From: Marsupella aquatica
Lineage: Eukaryota; Plantae; Marchantiophyta
DNA length: 64,000 nt
Assembly (NCBI GenBank): GCA_973895155.1
Contig: OZ316895.1
Span: forward strand, 14,762,816-14,826,815
Direction: 5' to 3'
Below the pieces are notes generated by a model, which saw only the letters and a list, made by a program, of their open reading frames with translations, made no database searches and was not told the DNA's origin. The translations under genes and the position numbers were made by a program. Below, piece by piece: positions 13,417 to 27,280 of this stretch. The first letter of the stretch is position 1, and the number at the start of each line of letters is the position of its first letter.

Positions 13417-14078
13417 TCTGTAATGTCCACCTATTATCCTCACGTCAAATACTTTTGAAATCTTCTTTGTAGAGAAAAGCATTTCCCCTTGACAGCAGGG
13501 AGTCTTAAGTCTGTAGGTATGTACAGTGAAGCTAGATAATAGAATTGCAGTAGCCGGAAGTATGCAGTGTCATTTTCCGGCTTAGTATTCTATACTTGGG
13601 ATTTCCTCTGGCCCTGGGCAAGATTTTCGTCCATGCAACATTTAAAACACAAAAAATTAGGAAAAGAGAACCGAGGTAGGGAATGCGGGTTGTTTTTCGT
13701 GGACGAAGAAACTAGAATAATCTTCTTTCTTTTTTGGCGAGGTAACAATATAACTTCTCAACATTATAAATTGCCTGCCTAACTTTGGCCCAACATCGTA
13801 GGTGACTTTTTAACTTGCCAGCAGTCTGCGGAATTTGTGTTGGATCTTTCGAGTTGTAGGACTGTGGTAACTACGCACAGGTAAATCGTATCGTTGTTTT
13901 GGGGGGTATATGTGGAGCAGTTGGCCAATACTTTTTGCATTCATTCATCTGTCTAGAATAGAACCTGCCTTCTCGCTATCGAACTAGCAAGTAAAAAGAA
14001 TCAATCTGCGGAACTAGTAACGTTATGGGTGAAGATCACTGTAATGGTCAGCTAACAAATCTTTGAGCAGGACAACAT

Positions 14079-14338
14079 GGTATGATCAGGTTCACGCAGA
14101 AAATAATGATTAGAATTTCAGTTCCCAGTGACAATGTTATGTTGCATTTAAGAAAGCTAGAGAAAAATCTATGATGCATGTTTCTCGAATATTTCAAGCA
14201 TTATGATGTAAATACACCGACTTATAAGTGTATATTTTTCTAAAAGCTAAGCAATGAAACCCAGAAAAAAATGTTTGGTCTCGTGCTATAATTTGGAATC
14301 ACAAGAAAAGCCTAAATCCCTGTGAACCTGATCATACC
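14079..14338. mobile_element. 260-bp MITE-like element with 17-bp TIRs
   Basis: GGTATGATCAGGTTCAC (14079-14095) and its exact reverse complement (14322-14338) enclose an AT-rich interior. No clean TSD. Confidence 0.6.
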
Positions 14339-14399
14339 TACAGAATTGGAAGTCCTGACAGCCATATCACAACTACTACATGGCTCGGACTTAGAACTC

Positions 14400-15470
14400 T
14401 GCTCCAGGAAAGTATCTTGTCCAGTCAACCGTGAGTTGAATCTGGACTGTATCTTCTCAAAGATCAATTTTTTTGGCACACATCTCTGACGGGCAACGAG
14501 GTCCCAATAGGAAGTCTTCCCAAAGACAAAACGCCCAAATTTCCTTATGGAATGATATAAACTTTCTCAATGCTCCCAAATGGCCTGCCCAGCCAAATCC
14601 ATCTCGCACACATTAATTGCTTTGATCATCAACCAGATCATCCTGCATTTGTTCCTCACCGTGAACCTACTGTTCAATGAGATGTTGAGACACTTTTGTG
14701 ACAATCTTTGGGATTCCTATGTCCAAATTGGGAGGATGCTAATCGAAAGAATGTCTCTCATTGAACAGAGGCCAATGGCATCTAGTAACAAAGTGGTTGA
14801 TTGATTACAGCTGCTGTATTGTCTCTCGTAAATGAGAGTGAACTTTGGCATCATAGACCTTATGACTGCAAAATTGCATATTTCTGGTCACACTCATGGA
14901 CACCAGACGCAGAAATTCGTCTATGGCAACTTTTGAGTACAGTAAAGGTCCATTCAAGAGAGCAACAAGCCTGGATGGAATTTATATCCCAAACCTTTTG
15001 CTCCAATAGGATTCATAAGCTTACATGGGATCTACTCGTGTACGATCAAGAGTCCTATCAGGACAAAAGCTTAACTTTGATGACATCTGTCTAAAGTATA
15101 AAAAATATAACTTTCACATAAAAAGCATTTTGGTATCCCATTTGAGTTCAGAGGTGTGAATGGAGATCCCATCCGATCTTATGACTCCCATTGAAGAAGC
15201 TGCAAAACCATATTTCTGTGTGTGCTAATGCAAGCCACTCCAATCCTCCAGTAAGGGTTGGTATCATGTGCACTCATTGCTGTCATGCTTTATTTGATCC
15301 TGTTCATGCAGTCTCTTACACTCCAATGACCATGATCAAGTTTGATCAAAATTAGACCTCCACCCGGATATAGCATGTGCCATTAATGGCTGAACGCATG
15401 GGACTTGGGAACACAAGACGGTTTTGTACTTTTGTGAACTGAACCAGCCCGAATTTCCAGGTTTCCAGTA
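14400..15470 (-). pseudogene. Heavily decayed LINE-like remnant
   Basis: Only weak minus-strand remnants such as VHMIPTLTGGL, resembling the post-RT W..(x)..GGLG motif. Many stops. Confidence 0.25.
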
Positions 15471-16191
15471 CACAAGACAAGAAACTCCATGAACCGAGAT
15501 GTGGTTAAGGTCCACATGAAGTACAGATTTCAATCTTACAATAAAAGTGCAAACTAAAGCCTACTCTTAAGGGCATAGGTCTAGAGTGAAGCCTCTAGAC
15601 AATAACCCCCAATAGAAACAAAACTCATAACAAGGTTCAATAAGATCAAAATTTTAAATAAGGATGACTCATAACAAGGTTCAATAAGATCAAAATTGTA
15701 AATGAGGATGAACAAAAGTGACATTGACTCTATATAAAGACAAAACCAAAATGAGGATGGACAAACAACTAGGATGGGGCAAAGACTGACCAAAATAGCA
15801 CATAAATTTTGTTGTGCGAGATTTTTTTTCATATCTATCTACCTTCAAGGAATGGGTCATCGGGCTAGTATAGAAAATAAACAACTCGACCAGAAATGGC
15901 CAAGGCCATATGGGGGAAAATATGCAAAAGCTTTACAACAGTCTTTCCTTGGTAAGTGTGCATAGGTTGTATCAGAAAACAGGATTAGAAATCATGCATG
16001 TAAGATGGATTCTACTTTTATATAGTAAGTGAGCATAGGTGGTTTCAAAAACAGGATCAGATATCATGTGTTATAAAATGGATTATACTTTTATATGTAT
16101 GGCTCAATTTCACATTTGGTACAAGTGAAGATGGTTGAGTAGATTGCTTGTGGATGGAGAGAGTTATTCAAGAAGTGCGTTTGATACTTAA

Positions 16192-16966
16192 ACCGCCACT
16201 GTCCATATAAATACCGCATGCGCCAAGACCCGGGCAGTTCATTTTCTCCTCAGGTGCCCAAGGAGGGCTCCGCAATACGTGTTGGGTTAGTGAGTAAGCC
16301 AAAAAGTTTTTCGCTCATTCATTTCGTCAGGTAGGTGTGTGAGTGTGTTCATGTGCAGGAAAGCTGCTATGCTGCCATAGCCATGGCGGTTCCTCGGTCA
16401 GCTGGGCTCGAGAATCTGCTGCCTTTTCCCTGTCCTATACCTATGGATTTCATTGCCTACAAGAAATCTGTAGTCGGGGACATCTTTCATTCGTTCATTA
16501 GATGGTCCGTTTTAGAATTAGGAGGTCCTTTTTGGAATTGGGAGCCTTGCCAAGAGGAAGCCTTGCCAAGGGAACAAATGCTGATCACGAATGCTGCGTC
16601 GTTGCTGTGGAATCGCTCAGGCACGCTACGTTGATAAAACCTGGCTCTGTTGAGCTGTATTGCTATTGCTCTCGCTATTGCTAAGCAGCACCAAGGAGGA
16701 CATTTCTCAACTTGGCTTGTGAGACACTCGCGTTGCTGTGGACACTGGCGGGGACACAGCTGTGCACACTGGTGGAGTACACTTGCTAAACTAGGCTTCT
16801 CAAACAATCGGTTCCTCCGTAAAACAAGTAAGGGCAGCCGGACAGGTGTAAGGCTGACCGGGCCAAAAAGTGACCTGCCCCAAATGTCGAGAATGTAGGG
16901 GAGATGGAGTTTCGCCTAAATTAGGAAACCTGGTGGATCCAGGTTTGTCCGATGGACAGTGGCGGT
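16192..16966. mobile_element. Non-autonomous TIR transposon (775 bp) flanked by TTAA
   Basis: TTAA|ACCGCCACTGTCCAT (16188-16206) ... ATGGACAGTGGCGGT|TTAA (16952-16970): perfect 15-bp TIRs. Confidence 0.85.
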
Positions 16967-17664
16967 TTAAACTAGTGAGTTCCGTAATTGAGTTTCTAAG
17001 AATAAACTACCTTAGTACTTGATAATTAAAGGGGTTAGTGTAGGGTAACCCATTGATTTCCCTGAAATCATCATAACATGCTCATCTTGAAACATAGGTA
17101 ATTCTTTTGATTTTGTATCAAAGATTCCAGTCTGAATTTATTTGTAGCAAGGTAAGAATATACAAAAACTTAGGAATATTTTAAAACTAAAAGTACCGTG
17201 GCAGTATTATAATTTTGGACACCTTTAATGGAATGTAATTAAAAACTATTAAAATGTTTTGACCAATCCAAACCCCAAAACCTGTGTCTACAGTAAAGAG
17301 TCTCAAAGTTATGGGTTATGGACACAAAAAATAATTAACTATTCATAGTCCATAACTTCATCCCCATAAACATTGTACACAACATTGTGAAAAAATTATG
17401 ATCATTTCTTTATTACCAAATGCCATATCCGTAAACTTGAACTTTAGAGACTCCCTAATAATTTAATACTTCGGAATCACCGGACCGTATAGCCCTACAG
17501 TACGTTACGCACAGTGGCGGGCCCCGCCACGGAGATGGCGTACTCTGTATCGGCGACTGAATCTTCGTCCTCCCGTGGACAAAGCGCCGACGGAGGAACT
17601 TCGGGATTCACCCGACGACGGCCGATCTACGAAAGCGCTGACGGTGCTCAGCTCACCGTCGCTC

Positions 17665-18050
17665 GGGACGGGTCGGGACGGGTCGGGACGGGACGGGACG
17701 GGACGGGAGCTGCTGGACGGGGTGTAGAGAATCTCACTACTGTACGAGAGAGAGCTCACGGTGCGCATTAGCGTCTGCCACGCTCTCCTCTTCTCGTTGC
17801 CGAACTCGGGAACTCGGGAACTCGGGAAGCGGAGGAGGACGAGAGCATACATGAGCACGGCGAGGTGTAAAACGCAGGAGCTGACGACGAAATAGCAATC
17901 GAACGAAAGAAAGAAAGAGGGGATTGAAAGGGATGAAGGGCCCCACTGCTTCGCCGATTGCTGCACTGCGTTTTCCCCTCTGCGTGACCCTTTAGCGTGG
18001 TTGGAAAGCGAGAGAGAGAGAGAGAGCGAGATAGAGAAAGAGAGAGAGAG
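17665..18050. repeat. (GGGAC/GGGTC)n, (CTCGGGAA)3 and (GA)n simple repeats in the LPEAT2 upstream/leader region
   Basis: Seen directly at ~17665-17708, ~17803-17828 and ~18009-18050. Confidence 0.85.
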
Positions 18051-18834
18051 CAGGGTGGCGGGCGGGGTGGATCCGTGTTACTCCGTGGATGGTTGGAGAG
18101 TGCGGGATGAGCGGAAAAGGAAAGCAAACAAAAACGAATGCGCTGCTATCACGGAGGAGGTGGCAGCAGACGAGAGGAGAGGGAGGAAGTTCAAAGATAC
18201 GACGAGCGGGAGGTAACCGCTGTCGTGATGACTGGATGGATGGAGTAAGGTTCAGGGGAGTCGCAATTGAGCTCTTCTGCTGTGGCGTCTGATAGAGGAA
18301 GCTGAGGCGATTGAGATCAGATTGGATGAGACTATGAGGCTCGGAATTAGATGGAGTGAGTCTCTTTATGTGGTTGAGAGTTTCCGAAACAGAGGTAATA
18401 TGGATTCGAGACGAGAGGAAACTTTAGGCTAGGAATAGATATGGATGTTGTTTTGAAAGCTTTCCTGGAACGTTCCTTTCGAAGAAGAGGCGACGGAGGA
18501 CGAGGTGGACGAGGCTGATTGCGTCCGATACGCTCCAGTATACACAAATTTTGGCGCAGCCGTACGACGAGACGAGTGCAGTCGAAGGGACGAGTGAAAT
18601 CGAAGGGACACTGACGATTTCATGGGGGTGAAGGAGAAGAGGTTGGGAAGCGCCTGAGCTGAGGAGAATTTCAAGAAGGTACCGTTGTAGGGTCGAAGTG
18701 TTGAGTTTTGGTAAGGAGGAAGTTTTGAAGGTGGATATGAAGGTGAGGAGGAGATTGAGGGGCGCTTGCTTTTAAGTCGAGGTGAAGATTGCGTACGAGA
18801 AAGCGTGTGGAGGGAAGGGAGACGCAGGCAGAGG

Positions 18835-21800
18835 ATGAAACGGGAGGATGATTCAGAACCACCGGGGGTGGTGGGATCCCTGGGACAACCTCCAACTCTA
18901 GATCTCGACTGTCCATTCAATCCGTTTAAGAACGACAGCTTGCCGTGGGCATGGCTGGAGGTGCTGAAAACAATCTTTTTGGTCCCAATCTGTGTGCTGA
19001 GAGTCTGTCTTTGGATCTCGTGCATGATCCTCGGATATCTGTGCACCAAGCTGGCCCTGATCGGAGCCCAGAACGTGCTCACGAAGCCCTTTCCTGCTTG
19101 GCGACGACCGTTCCTGTTCCCCGTCCGATTCCTAGCCCGAGTGGTCCTCTTCGCTTGCGGTTTCCACTGGATTAGCATCAAGGGAAAGCCCGCCTCCCGG
19201 GATCAGGCTCCTATAATTATCAGCAACCATGTCACATTCGTGGATCCCGTGTTCATTTTCTTCCGGCACCTGCCAGTGATCGTTACGGCGCATGAGAATT
19301 TGTTCATGCCCATTGCCGGATCGATCATGAAGGCAATGCAGGTCATTTCAGTGAATAGAGTCTCTCCGGAGTCCCGGCGGAATGCGTCTGGCGAAATCAA
19401 GAGGAGGGCGATGTGCAATGACTGGAGCCACGTGATGATCTTTCCCGAGGCTACCACGACGAATGGCAAGGCTCTTGTAACTTTTAAAGCTGGCGCTTTC
19501 ACTCCAGGCTATGCTGTGCAGCCCATGGTGATTCGGTACCCGCATGTGCATGTGGACCCCTCCTGGGTCGCTGAGGGACCTCCCGTCTACACGCTCCTGC
19601 TTCGTCTCATGACTCAATTTCATAATTACATGGAGGTCAGTTGAATCTCTCTGTGCTTCTTCCTTCCTCGCATTTGTGTGTCTGAGACGTCTGTCTTCTC
19701 TCTTTTCGAGGTCCTCCGTCCCATACCAGGTCTCCAACGGGCAGCACTAGAAAGTGATAATCGAATTACGCGCCGGCCGTCTGTGTGGTATTCGGGACCT
19801 TCTCAGTCATCCCTAAAACTATATTTGTTCAAGAGTTGCCTCATTTTGCGGGAAAGCATTAGAATGAGTGAGTGTGTGAATGAATAAATTAACTTTTGAG
19901 TCCACAATCTCCCAGGCACGCGTCTGGGGACGAATGCTATCTATGCAAGAGAGATGTCGCTAATGGCTCCGTGGCTCCGCACTAAAGAGGATCAAGCGAG
20001 AGGGCGGAATTGTTTCAGAGAAGCCCAACCGGCAGTAATTGGACCGCGCATCCCGTATCACATTAGGACGCGAATTCCGGTGATAATACGGGTCTCAGCC
20101 TGAGGAGCTATTAGAACCAGAAATATAGTTGGCTGTCAATGACTACCTTCTTTAATAAACTCCCCTGACAGTAATTGTCATGAGGTAGATGCAATCTTCG
20201 ATGAAAATTTGAATCTCTCATATCCTGCTTGCTTCATGTGAGACATGTGAGACATGTGAGATGATGAAACAATTAGGGGATATTTAGGAATTAGGTCCAG
20301 GCATCAACAATAACTGTGGGACAGGGGACTGAAGTGAGATTTGGGATAATTCTTCAAGTCCAGCTTGGCATAGGGAACGGCAGTTTCATGAAGGTGAATG
20401 ATTTGGCATTTGAAGGACGCGAAGTATTCCGAAAAACAGTAGATGAATGAAATCATCTTAGGGCAGCGAGATAGAAAGAATGCACGTAATGTTTGGAGGG
20501 CCCTAAACGCATAAACTTAAGATATCACAAATGCGCAGGTGGCCAGCCTCAAGGAATACATTGGTGAAAAAGCGGCGACCGATGCACAAATATTCCAGTC
20601 AAGAATTTGAAGTCTTTCTAATTATGGATATAAAAGCGTTGACAGGATGCTCTGCGGAATCGTGACGGACTTAGGTGTTGTGTTAATGTCTGAGCCTGGA
20701 GAGGATACATAATGTCGAAAATAGTGAACAAGGAACGGTTGACATCATGAATTACACCTGTGGTGCAGTGTGAGATTTAGGATATTAGGCTAGGACGAGT
20801 TCTAGCTAAGGCTTTTGTATACCCGAGCGGAAGTAGTTCTTGTAATATGGCTGGCTGGTTAGTTAGAGTGTCTGAGCGATTGGGGATGGCTTTCTAGCAC
20901 CCACTGTCCGTTATCATGTAGTTGCTGTCTGCCAGCCGTTTGGTCCACTTAACTTCGAGGACCTCCGCGTTGGAGTTGGTTGTACCACTTTACGACCCAA
21001 GCGTGCCTTTCTTTGTTACTGAATGAGGGCTCTCAAATGCCCGTTTGTCGGGTTGAGGGCTCTTATGTACTGCCTCGGTGGTAGCAGTCGCAGCCTACGG
21101 GGCCGGACGACACATTTGTTGGGATCTGGCTAAAGTCAATTACAAACAATATCTGCACTTGCTTTATTGCATCACGTTATCAACGTCAGCTGCAGGTCAC
21201 GTTCCCTCAGCTCTCTTTAAAAAAGCTTGCATTGAAGAGTTGCTATGGAAAACGGTGTTGACGTCTACCTTTGCGTTGTTTCCAGGTTGAATATTTACCA
21301 ATCATTCAGCCCAGCTTTCAGGAGCAAAAGAATCCAAGACTTTTTGCCGAGAGGGTACGCCTGACAATGGCTAAGGCTCTCAACGTGATGGTGACTGAAC
21401 ATGGCTATGAGGATGCTGCTCTGGCAATGGAAGCTGTGAAAAGAAATGTTAATAGTGGAGTTGCCATATTGGAATTCACCAAATTTGAGAGAATGTTCCG
21501 ATTAAATAACAAGGACACGAAGCATTTTTTCAGAAAGTTTGCCTCCTTGGGGATGGATACCAGGTACGCAATTTAGCAGCAGAGTGGCAGGGCTTGATCT
21601 TATCAAGTAGGATTCACAAGTACAGTGTGTGTACTGGGCAAGTCATGATGTGCTGAAGCTTACTGTGTGTAGCGGTTCTATGGACGTTGTAGTTAGCAGA
21701 GTCCTGCTTTGAAGTCATCTCGCCATCTTCGAACTTATTGATAGATCAGACTATATTTGGTAGGCTTCCGTTTGTTTCATTTTAAGGATCAAAACCGATG

Positions 21801-23094
21801 AGATCTTGGACAGAGGTCGACCTATGGCATTTCTTAATGTGTCAAGACTGGCTAGGTGTTGATCTTTCGTGTTGCAGGCAGTTGTAAATCAATGGCTTAT
21901 GATTGTTCGTGTGTTTTACATGAACAGGGGTATCGTCAGTTATGAAAATTATTTGAAAGCCACCTCACTGCCTGACTGTGAGATACCCCGGAAGCTCTTT
22001 CAAGTCTTCGACCGTGATGGACGTGGATATTTCAACTTCAAGCAGGTAATTTGCTTTTGCCAGATATCAGCACGTTCGCCTGTATGGATGGTATGTCCTC
22101 ATGTTAATTTGAAAAAACTTTCGAACTGGGCCCATTCGTGGTAATCCTTCTGGACAACTTCCTTGAGCTTTGATGACGCCAATCCTGTATGCTTGGATTT
22201 GCGTTTTGCTTACCCTATACGTGTTGATGTGGTGTGCAGTATACACTGGGTCTGGCCTTTGTACTAAAACATCCGGAGTTCCATGAGGCTCAAGAAGGAA
22301 TTTTCAAGGGTTGTGATGCGGACCGGGATGGGTCTGTACAACTTGATGAGTTAGGCTACAGTTTGAGAGAAATCGTTCCCTCTATTGCGAACGAGCAGGT
22401 ACTACCTATCTGTCTATCGCCTCCAAGATGCTTTGATAGCTACATGTTTGCCAGGGTTCAATCTGCCATTCATGGCAAGTACTTGGAGCCTGCTTCAGGA
22501 TGGTTTTGGTTTATGGCTGTTTCATTTCTTGATTAATTCTTTCTTTAAGTACCATACGTGTGTTTGCCTAATCAATAAATCAAAAACTGTTTAACATTAC
22601 AATTACATTCCATTTACCTTTGAGGTCTCTCCTCCGAATCACCGGTGATTGCTTTCCTGGTGCCCTCATCAAGCCTCATGTTTACGCAAGGATCTACGAA
22701 CTGGTTCTTGGGTTGATAGAATGAACCTGGTGATGACCTAGTGATAATCATATCAAACAAATAGTAGGAGCAATGAAAAACGATGTCCCTTGCACTAATG
22801 GACCGCAATAGAAGATTGTTATGATATCCGGATGCAGGACTGCACTCTGGCCCTCTGATGTCAAGTCAATGTCTTAGAACGATGTTCATGATTGTGCAGA
22901 TCTTGGAGATTTTTGGAGAAATCGATTCCAAAAAGGAAGGTGCCGTGAGTAAGGCAGATTTTCTTACTTTCTTGGAGGCGAATCCCGAGTTTGTGGCCCT
23001 TTTTTTGATTGCCAAGCCAGGGCTCATTTCAGGCAGCTACAAGGATGAAAAATGGAAGTTGTCGGACTGCAATGGAGCTGGAAAGGACTCGTAG
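18835..23094 (+). CDS. LPEAT2: Lysophospholipid acyltransferase with C-terminal EF-hands (LPEAT2/LPCAT type), 5 exons
   Basis: Exons ~18835-19635, 21286-21563, 21928-22045, 22240-22398, 22900-23094. PlsC motifs SNHVTFVD (HX4D), IFPEATTTNG and GAF.PG..VQP. EF-hand loops DRDGRGYF, DADRDGSVQLDE and DSKKEGAVSKADF. GT-AG junctions. Confidence 0.92.
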
Positions 23095-25974
23095 AAGGCA
23101 TTCTGGATGCCTTCTAGTGCAGAGTCGCATCCTCCTATGTTCCCTTTTAATAGCGGGTTGGCTGTGTTTTTTGTACTTGTCTACATTGCAAAGAATGTGT
23201 ATAAATCATAGAGCACTTTGTGTACCATGTAAAATATTTGGGCAACCTCCCTGTGTCCTTGTAAATTGTTACTCAACCAACTAAAGTAAAGAAAAAGCTC
23301 AAGTCAGCTCAATCTTCTACTCGCCTGAGTAGAGTATTAAGCCACTGTTTAGTACAATCTGCTCAAAATCTAACAACGTTAGCTAGTATGGTGACCCTTC
23401 AGTCCAAACCAATGTAGATTTGACTTTCTATTACTTTTGATGGCAACCAGCATTTCTCAAGGCCTGCCTTCTTCTAGCAAAGGTTTGTCACCCATTTGGA
23501 GTTGTGTGACTGGACAGGATTCTTATGAGATAGGCTTTCCAGTTTACCCACGTCGAACTGTTTGACCCAGTCACAAGACAAATCAGATAGCCATTCAGTC
23601 CGTATTCTTTCTCATCGCACATTTCACACCCCCTCAAATGTCAATTTCTGTTTTGTATGCAAGGTACATCACTCCGAAGTTTACATGCTTTCTTTTCAGT
23701 TTGCAAGACTTCACTTCTTTTAATACCACATTTAAAACATTCACACATTCCTCTTTCAACATCATTTTACCCGTGGACCTATTTGGAAGACTATAATCAC
23801 TTATTAAATCTGCATTGTCCACAGGCTTCCCTGGAAGTTTGCAAAAACTTTACTTCCCTAAACTCCTCATTTCAACATTCCCATTCCGTTATCACTATCA
23901 TTTTGCCTGCGAGCTCCTGAGTTGAGATCACGTTGAGATCACTCTGGAGTTTGCATTGTGGTTACTATTTGACCCGATGGAGTTGTAGGGCTTCCCGCCT
24001 TTCTTACAATGGTAGGAGCTTGAGCACCTTGGCTAAATGAGATTGTGTAGAAAGGCTAACACTTCCAAGTCCTTTAGAGCAAGATATTTTGTTCAAGTCT
24101 CTCTCTGCCACAAGTAGGCACGATCCTGGATATCTGGCTTTTTATTTGCATTTCGGTCAAATATTGGTAAAGTAGAACGGAATGCTTATCAATTTGATAG
24201 GGTGAATATTGTACGGCACAAGAGAGCTAACCTTATACATTATTGTTATTACTTTGTGATCTAGACAATTGTCATCAACTATGCATTTGAGTTAGATGAC
24301 ACCAGACATGCTATTTAATCATGTTTGGAAGAGATAGTGCCAATGGCAAATGGTACGCCAAGTGAGGAAGGAAAATCTGTCAGTCCTCATGTGATGTATC
24401 AATACACCATTAGATTTCTGGTAGACAAGGAGAACCATTGGATCTTGTGAATGCATTTTGGGGACCCTTGAACAGATCAACTTTTGCTGATGTGACGGAA
24501 AATTTACTAAAATTCCTTTTGTATCACTCACAAGGATACTTTGAAAAAAGGGTTTGGCAAATAGTGGCCAAGAAACGAATGCCTGCATGACACGTTTCTT
24601 CATTGTACCATTTTCCAAGACTTATCTACCAAGTTTTAACAAATGCAAGTTGGTCTTAACACACCCGGTGTTTCAGCATGCTAATAAACAGGTGAACTAA
24701 TTATAGACCACCAGAACCCCGATACCCATTTTCAAATGTTGCTGTACGCTCAAATAGTATAATTTCATTGTATTAATATTTGGTCTTACTTTTAGGTCTC
24801 AAATGCTAGTATGTTAAACATTGTGGCTTATCCTAGGATCAACTTCCAAATTCAGAGAATCAATGTTATGGAGTGCTCCTTAGTAATAAGTCTCCATGAC
24901 ATCAGATAGATCCTCTTGCTCTAACTTTATGTAAACATATATATTTCCCGGGATATTTCCTCGGTTGGCATGGATATATATTTCCTATCACATATCACAA
25001 ACCTAAAAGTGGATTCATTTGTCCCCCTCCAATTTCCCTTAGAAACACCCAGCCTATGTTTATTGTTCCTGATTTTTCCTTGAAATAAATCCACCAAGCA
25101 GCAGACACTAATTTCACTATTTCAAATCTTTCAATGCCAGAGAATACTCAGCAATTGAAGCCTGCATGGACCAGTCCTCCACATTTGTCAAAAAGTCTTG
25201 ATACATTTTTCCACAGAGGAGCCTGAATGCCCATTCTTTGAATGACAAATGACAAAAATCAGCATGCATCATCATCTTGACATACAATACAATACATCCC
25301 ATCCTCTCCATCTTCATCTTCATACATTTGGTGGGACCCTAGAATTACAGTCTGGAGGCTTCCTTTTAGAAGCCAGTTGTAGCTTCTCTTTGCAAATTAG
25401 TAGTAATATTTGCAAGACTTGTCTGAAAGAATATTTATGCAATTGACCACTGATTCGCAAGGCTTGTGTAAACAGATGTAAACAGATTTGCAAGACTTGA
25501 CTACGCAGCTCACATGTTTGTGTGACTGGAGAAGGTCTATGGAGAAGTATGCGTCTGCCACACAAATGGCAGCCATCCGGTCCGATGAGCATCATGCACA
25601 TTTGTTTGTACAGCAGCAGCAGCTTGTTCCGACTCCAGAGTAGTGAGCGCAGGTATGGCGTCCTTCCATTTGCTACAATTCTGTATTGTGCAAACAATTT
25701 CTGGCTATGGAGCCCTGTACAATCAATCAGCGGACAAGGCTGGTAAAGTTCAGAACGGCATTTTTTTTACGAATTTGGGTGGTAGCCACTGTGGTGATAG
25801 CCCAATCATTCCCAGTGACAGCCCGGTAGTTTAATTTCTTATACAGTAAAGTCACAGACGGCAGGGGATATAATGCCCCAAAATAAGAGAGCCTAAGCTC
25901 TAGTTTTGAGAGGCTATTATTGCCCATCATTCTGAGGAAACAGGACCTTATTACATGTTACCTGAGAGATTTGA

Positions 25975-26100
25975 ATTATAATTTTTAAAAAAATTAAGGG
26001 GAAATCCGTGGCCACTGAAAGGGAGGCAACGAAAACCAGTTACAACCTGTGAACTACCTATGAATCACCACTCAAGTGAACTACCACAGAACCATGCCTG
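25975..26100 (-). mobile_element. Diverged second copy of the tRNA-like SINE
   Basis: The reverse complement reads ggcatggttctgtggtagttcacttgagt..gtgattcatagg...ccctttc...gatttcccctt, matching the copy at 29103 onward. Confidence 0.6.
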
Positions 26101-26329
26101 CTTCAACAATTTTAATTTTTTTCATTTAGCACAATTGACAATATTGACGCATATTACTCTACAATCCAATACCACAAGGGAGGCCAATTTGTCAATGATA
26201 CATCAGTGTTTTACATCTAAATTCTTATATTTTTTGATTATTTGCAAGTTTGAAAAATCCAATCGAGAGAGAGAGCAGGCAACTGATGGATATTTTTGTG
26301 GCCAGGAAGTGTGCAAGGCTCATGCTCAA

Positions 26330-27280
26330 TCATGAGCTTCAAAATTATTCTTTGCGCTGAATATTTCTTCTCGATGTAGTAAAGTAGACAAGAATCGTCT
26401 TAATCCTTTGCATTGAATATGTTTTCTAGCTTTACTAATTAAAGCCTGAAGTAAAGTAGATGAGAATCTTGCTAAAGAAGTGATCCAGATCTTGACCGAG
26501 GCAATGCATGATGCTCCTAGAATAATATCCTGAAAATTAGAAAGGGAAAAATCACGAAGGGCATTCAGTAAAGAGGACTGGCTACTAGAGAGACTGGAGG
26601 GAACCATCCCTGAGGCAAACTCTCTCCCTACCCAAGGTTAGTTTTTGGCAAAGCAAGAATTTTTGTCGAGAAGGGACAAGTGGCAATTCAAACATTATCC
26701 ATGGAAGAAAACTAGGCAGGTTTGAAATGGGCAGCGTAAGAAGTACAAGTGGGTGAAGGCACGGGCACCAGACCATATACATAAACCACGCTGCAAAAAA
26801 CAAAAGACGCCTAGACGAGAAACATAATCCCACAGAGTTGGTCAGAAAATGTGCACGAAAATGTGAAGTAATCCTTCCGAGGGGTCTCTAAACCTTACAT
26901 AAGTCTAGCCTTCAGTGACCCAGTTAATAATAAAGAAATTCAAGTATTGGTTGTTTTCGATGAATGGAACCCCAGTAATAGGAACCATATTTAGAAAAAG
27001 CATAGTAGATCCCCTCAATGTAGCCACGGCAGGAGGAATTTAATTCAAGACAGGGCAGGGAGGTATTGGATTCCCCATTTCCCCAAACTTGCATGCAATG
27101 TACATGAGGAGGCGGTGGCCCAGCTACGAAATGTCAGGGGGAGGAGAGTGACAGTTTTATGTTCAGGACCTGTGGAAGAGAATGGCAACTTCATGCCCTG
27201 ATGTATCCGGAAGGAGGGGTGACAAGAAATTTATGAACATCAAGCTATTAGAATCAAACTAAAACTAGAAATGTTGTGAT
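26330..27280 (-). pseudogene. Decayed LINE ORF2 C-terminal remnant
   Basis: Minus-strand fragments SWATASSCTLHASLGKWGIQYL and FQDIILG..KIWITSL resemble L1-clade post-RT regions. Fragmentary. Confidence 0.3.
26894..27004 (+). repeat. ~110-bp dispersed repeat, second copy at 54945-55057
   Basis: cttacataagt..agccttcag.gac.cagttaataataaa.aaatt.aagtattggttgtttt.ga..aatggaaccc(c)agtaataggaaccatatttagaaaaagcata occurs at both loci in the same orientation. Confidence 0.9.

Noticed and set aside
17298-17456. Possible degenerate MITE (GAGTCTC.AAAGTT inverted ends)
   Set aside because: The inverted match is short and gapped, with no TSD.
18429-19737. Minus-strand ORFs of up to 250 aa
   Set aside because: Antisense to LPEAT2 exon 1 and its GA-rich leader; low complexity.
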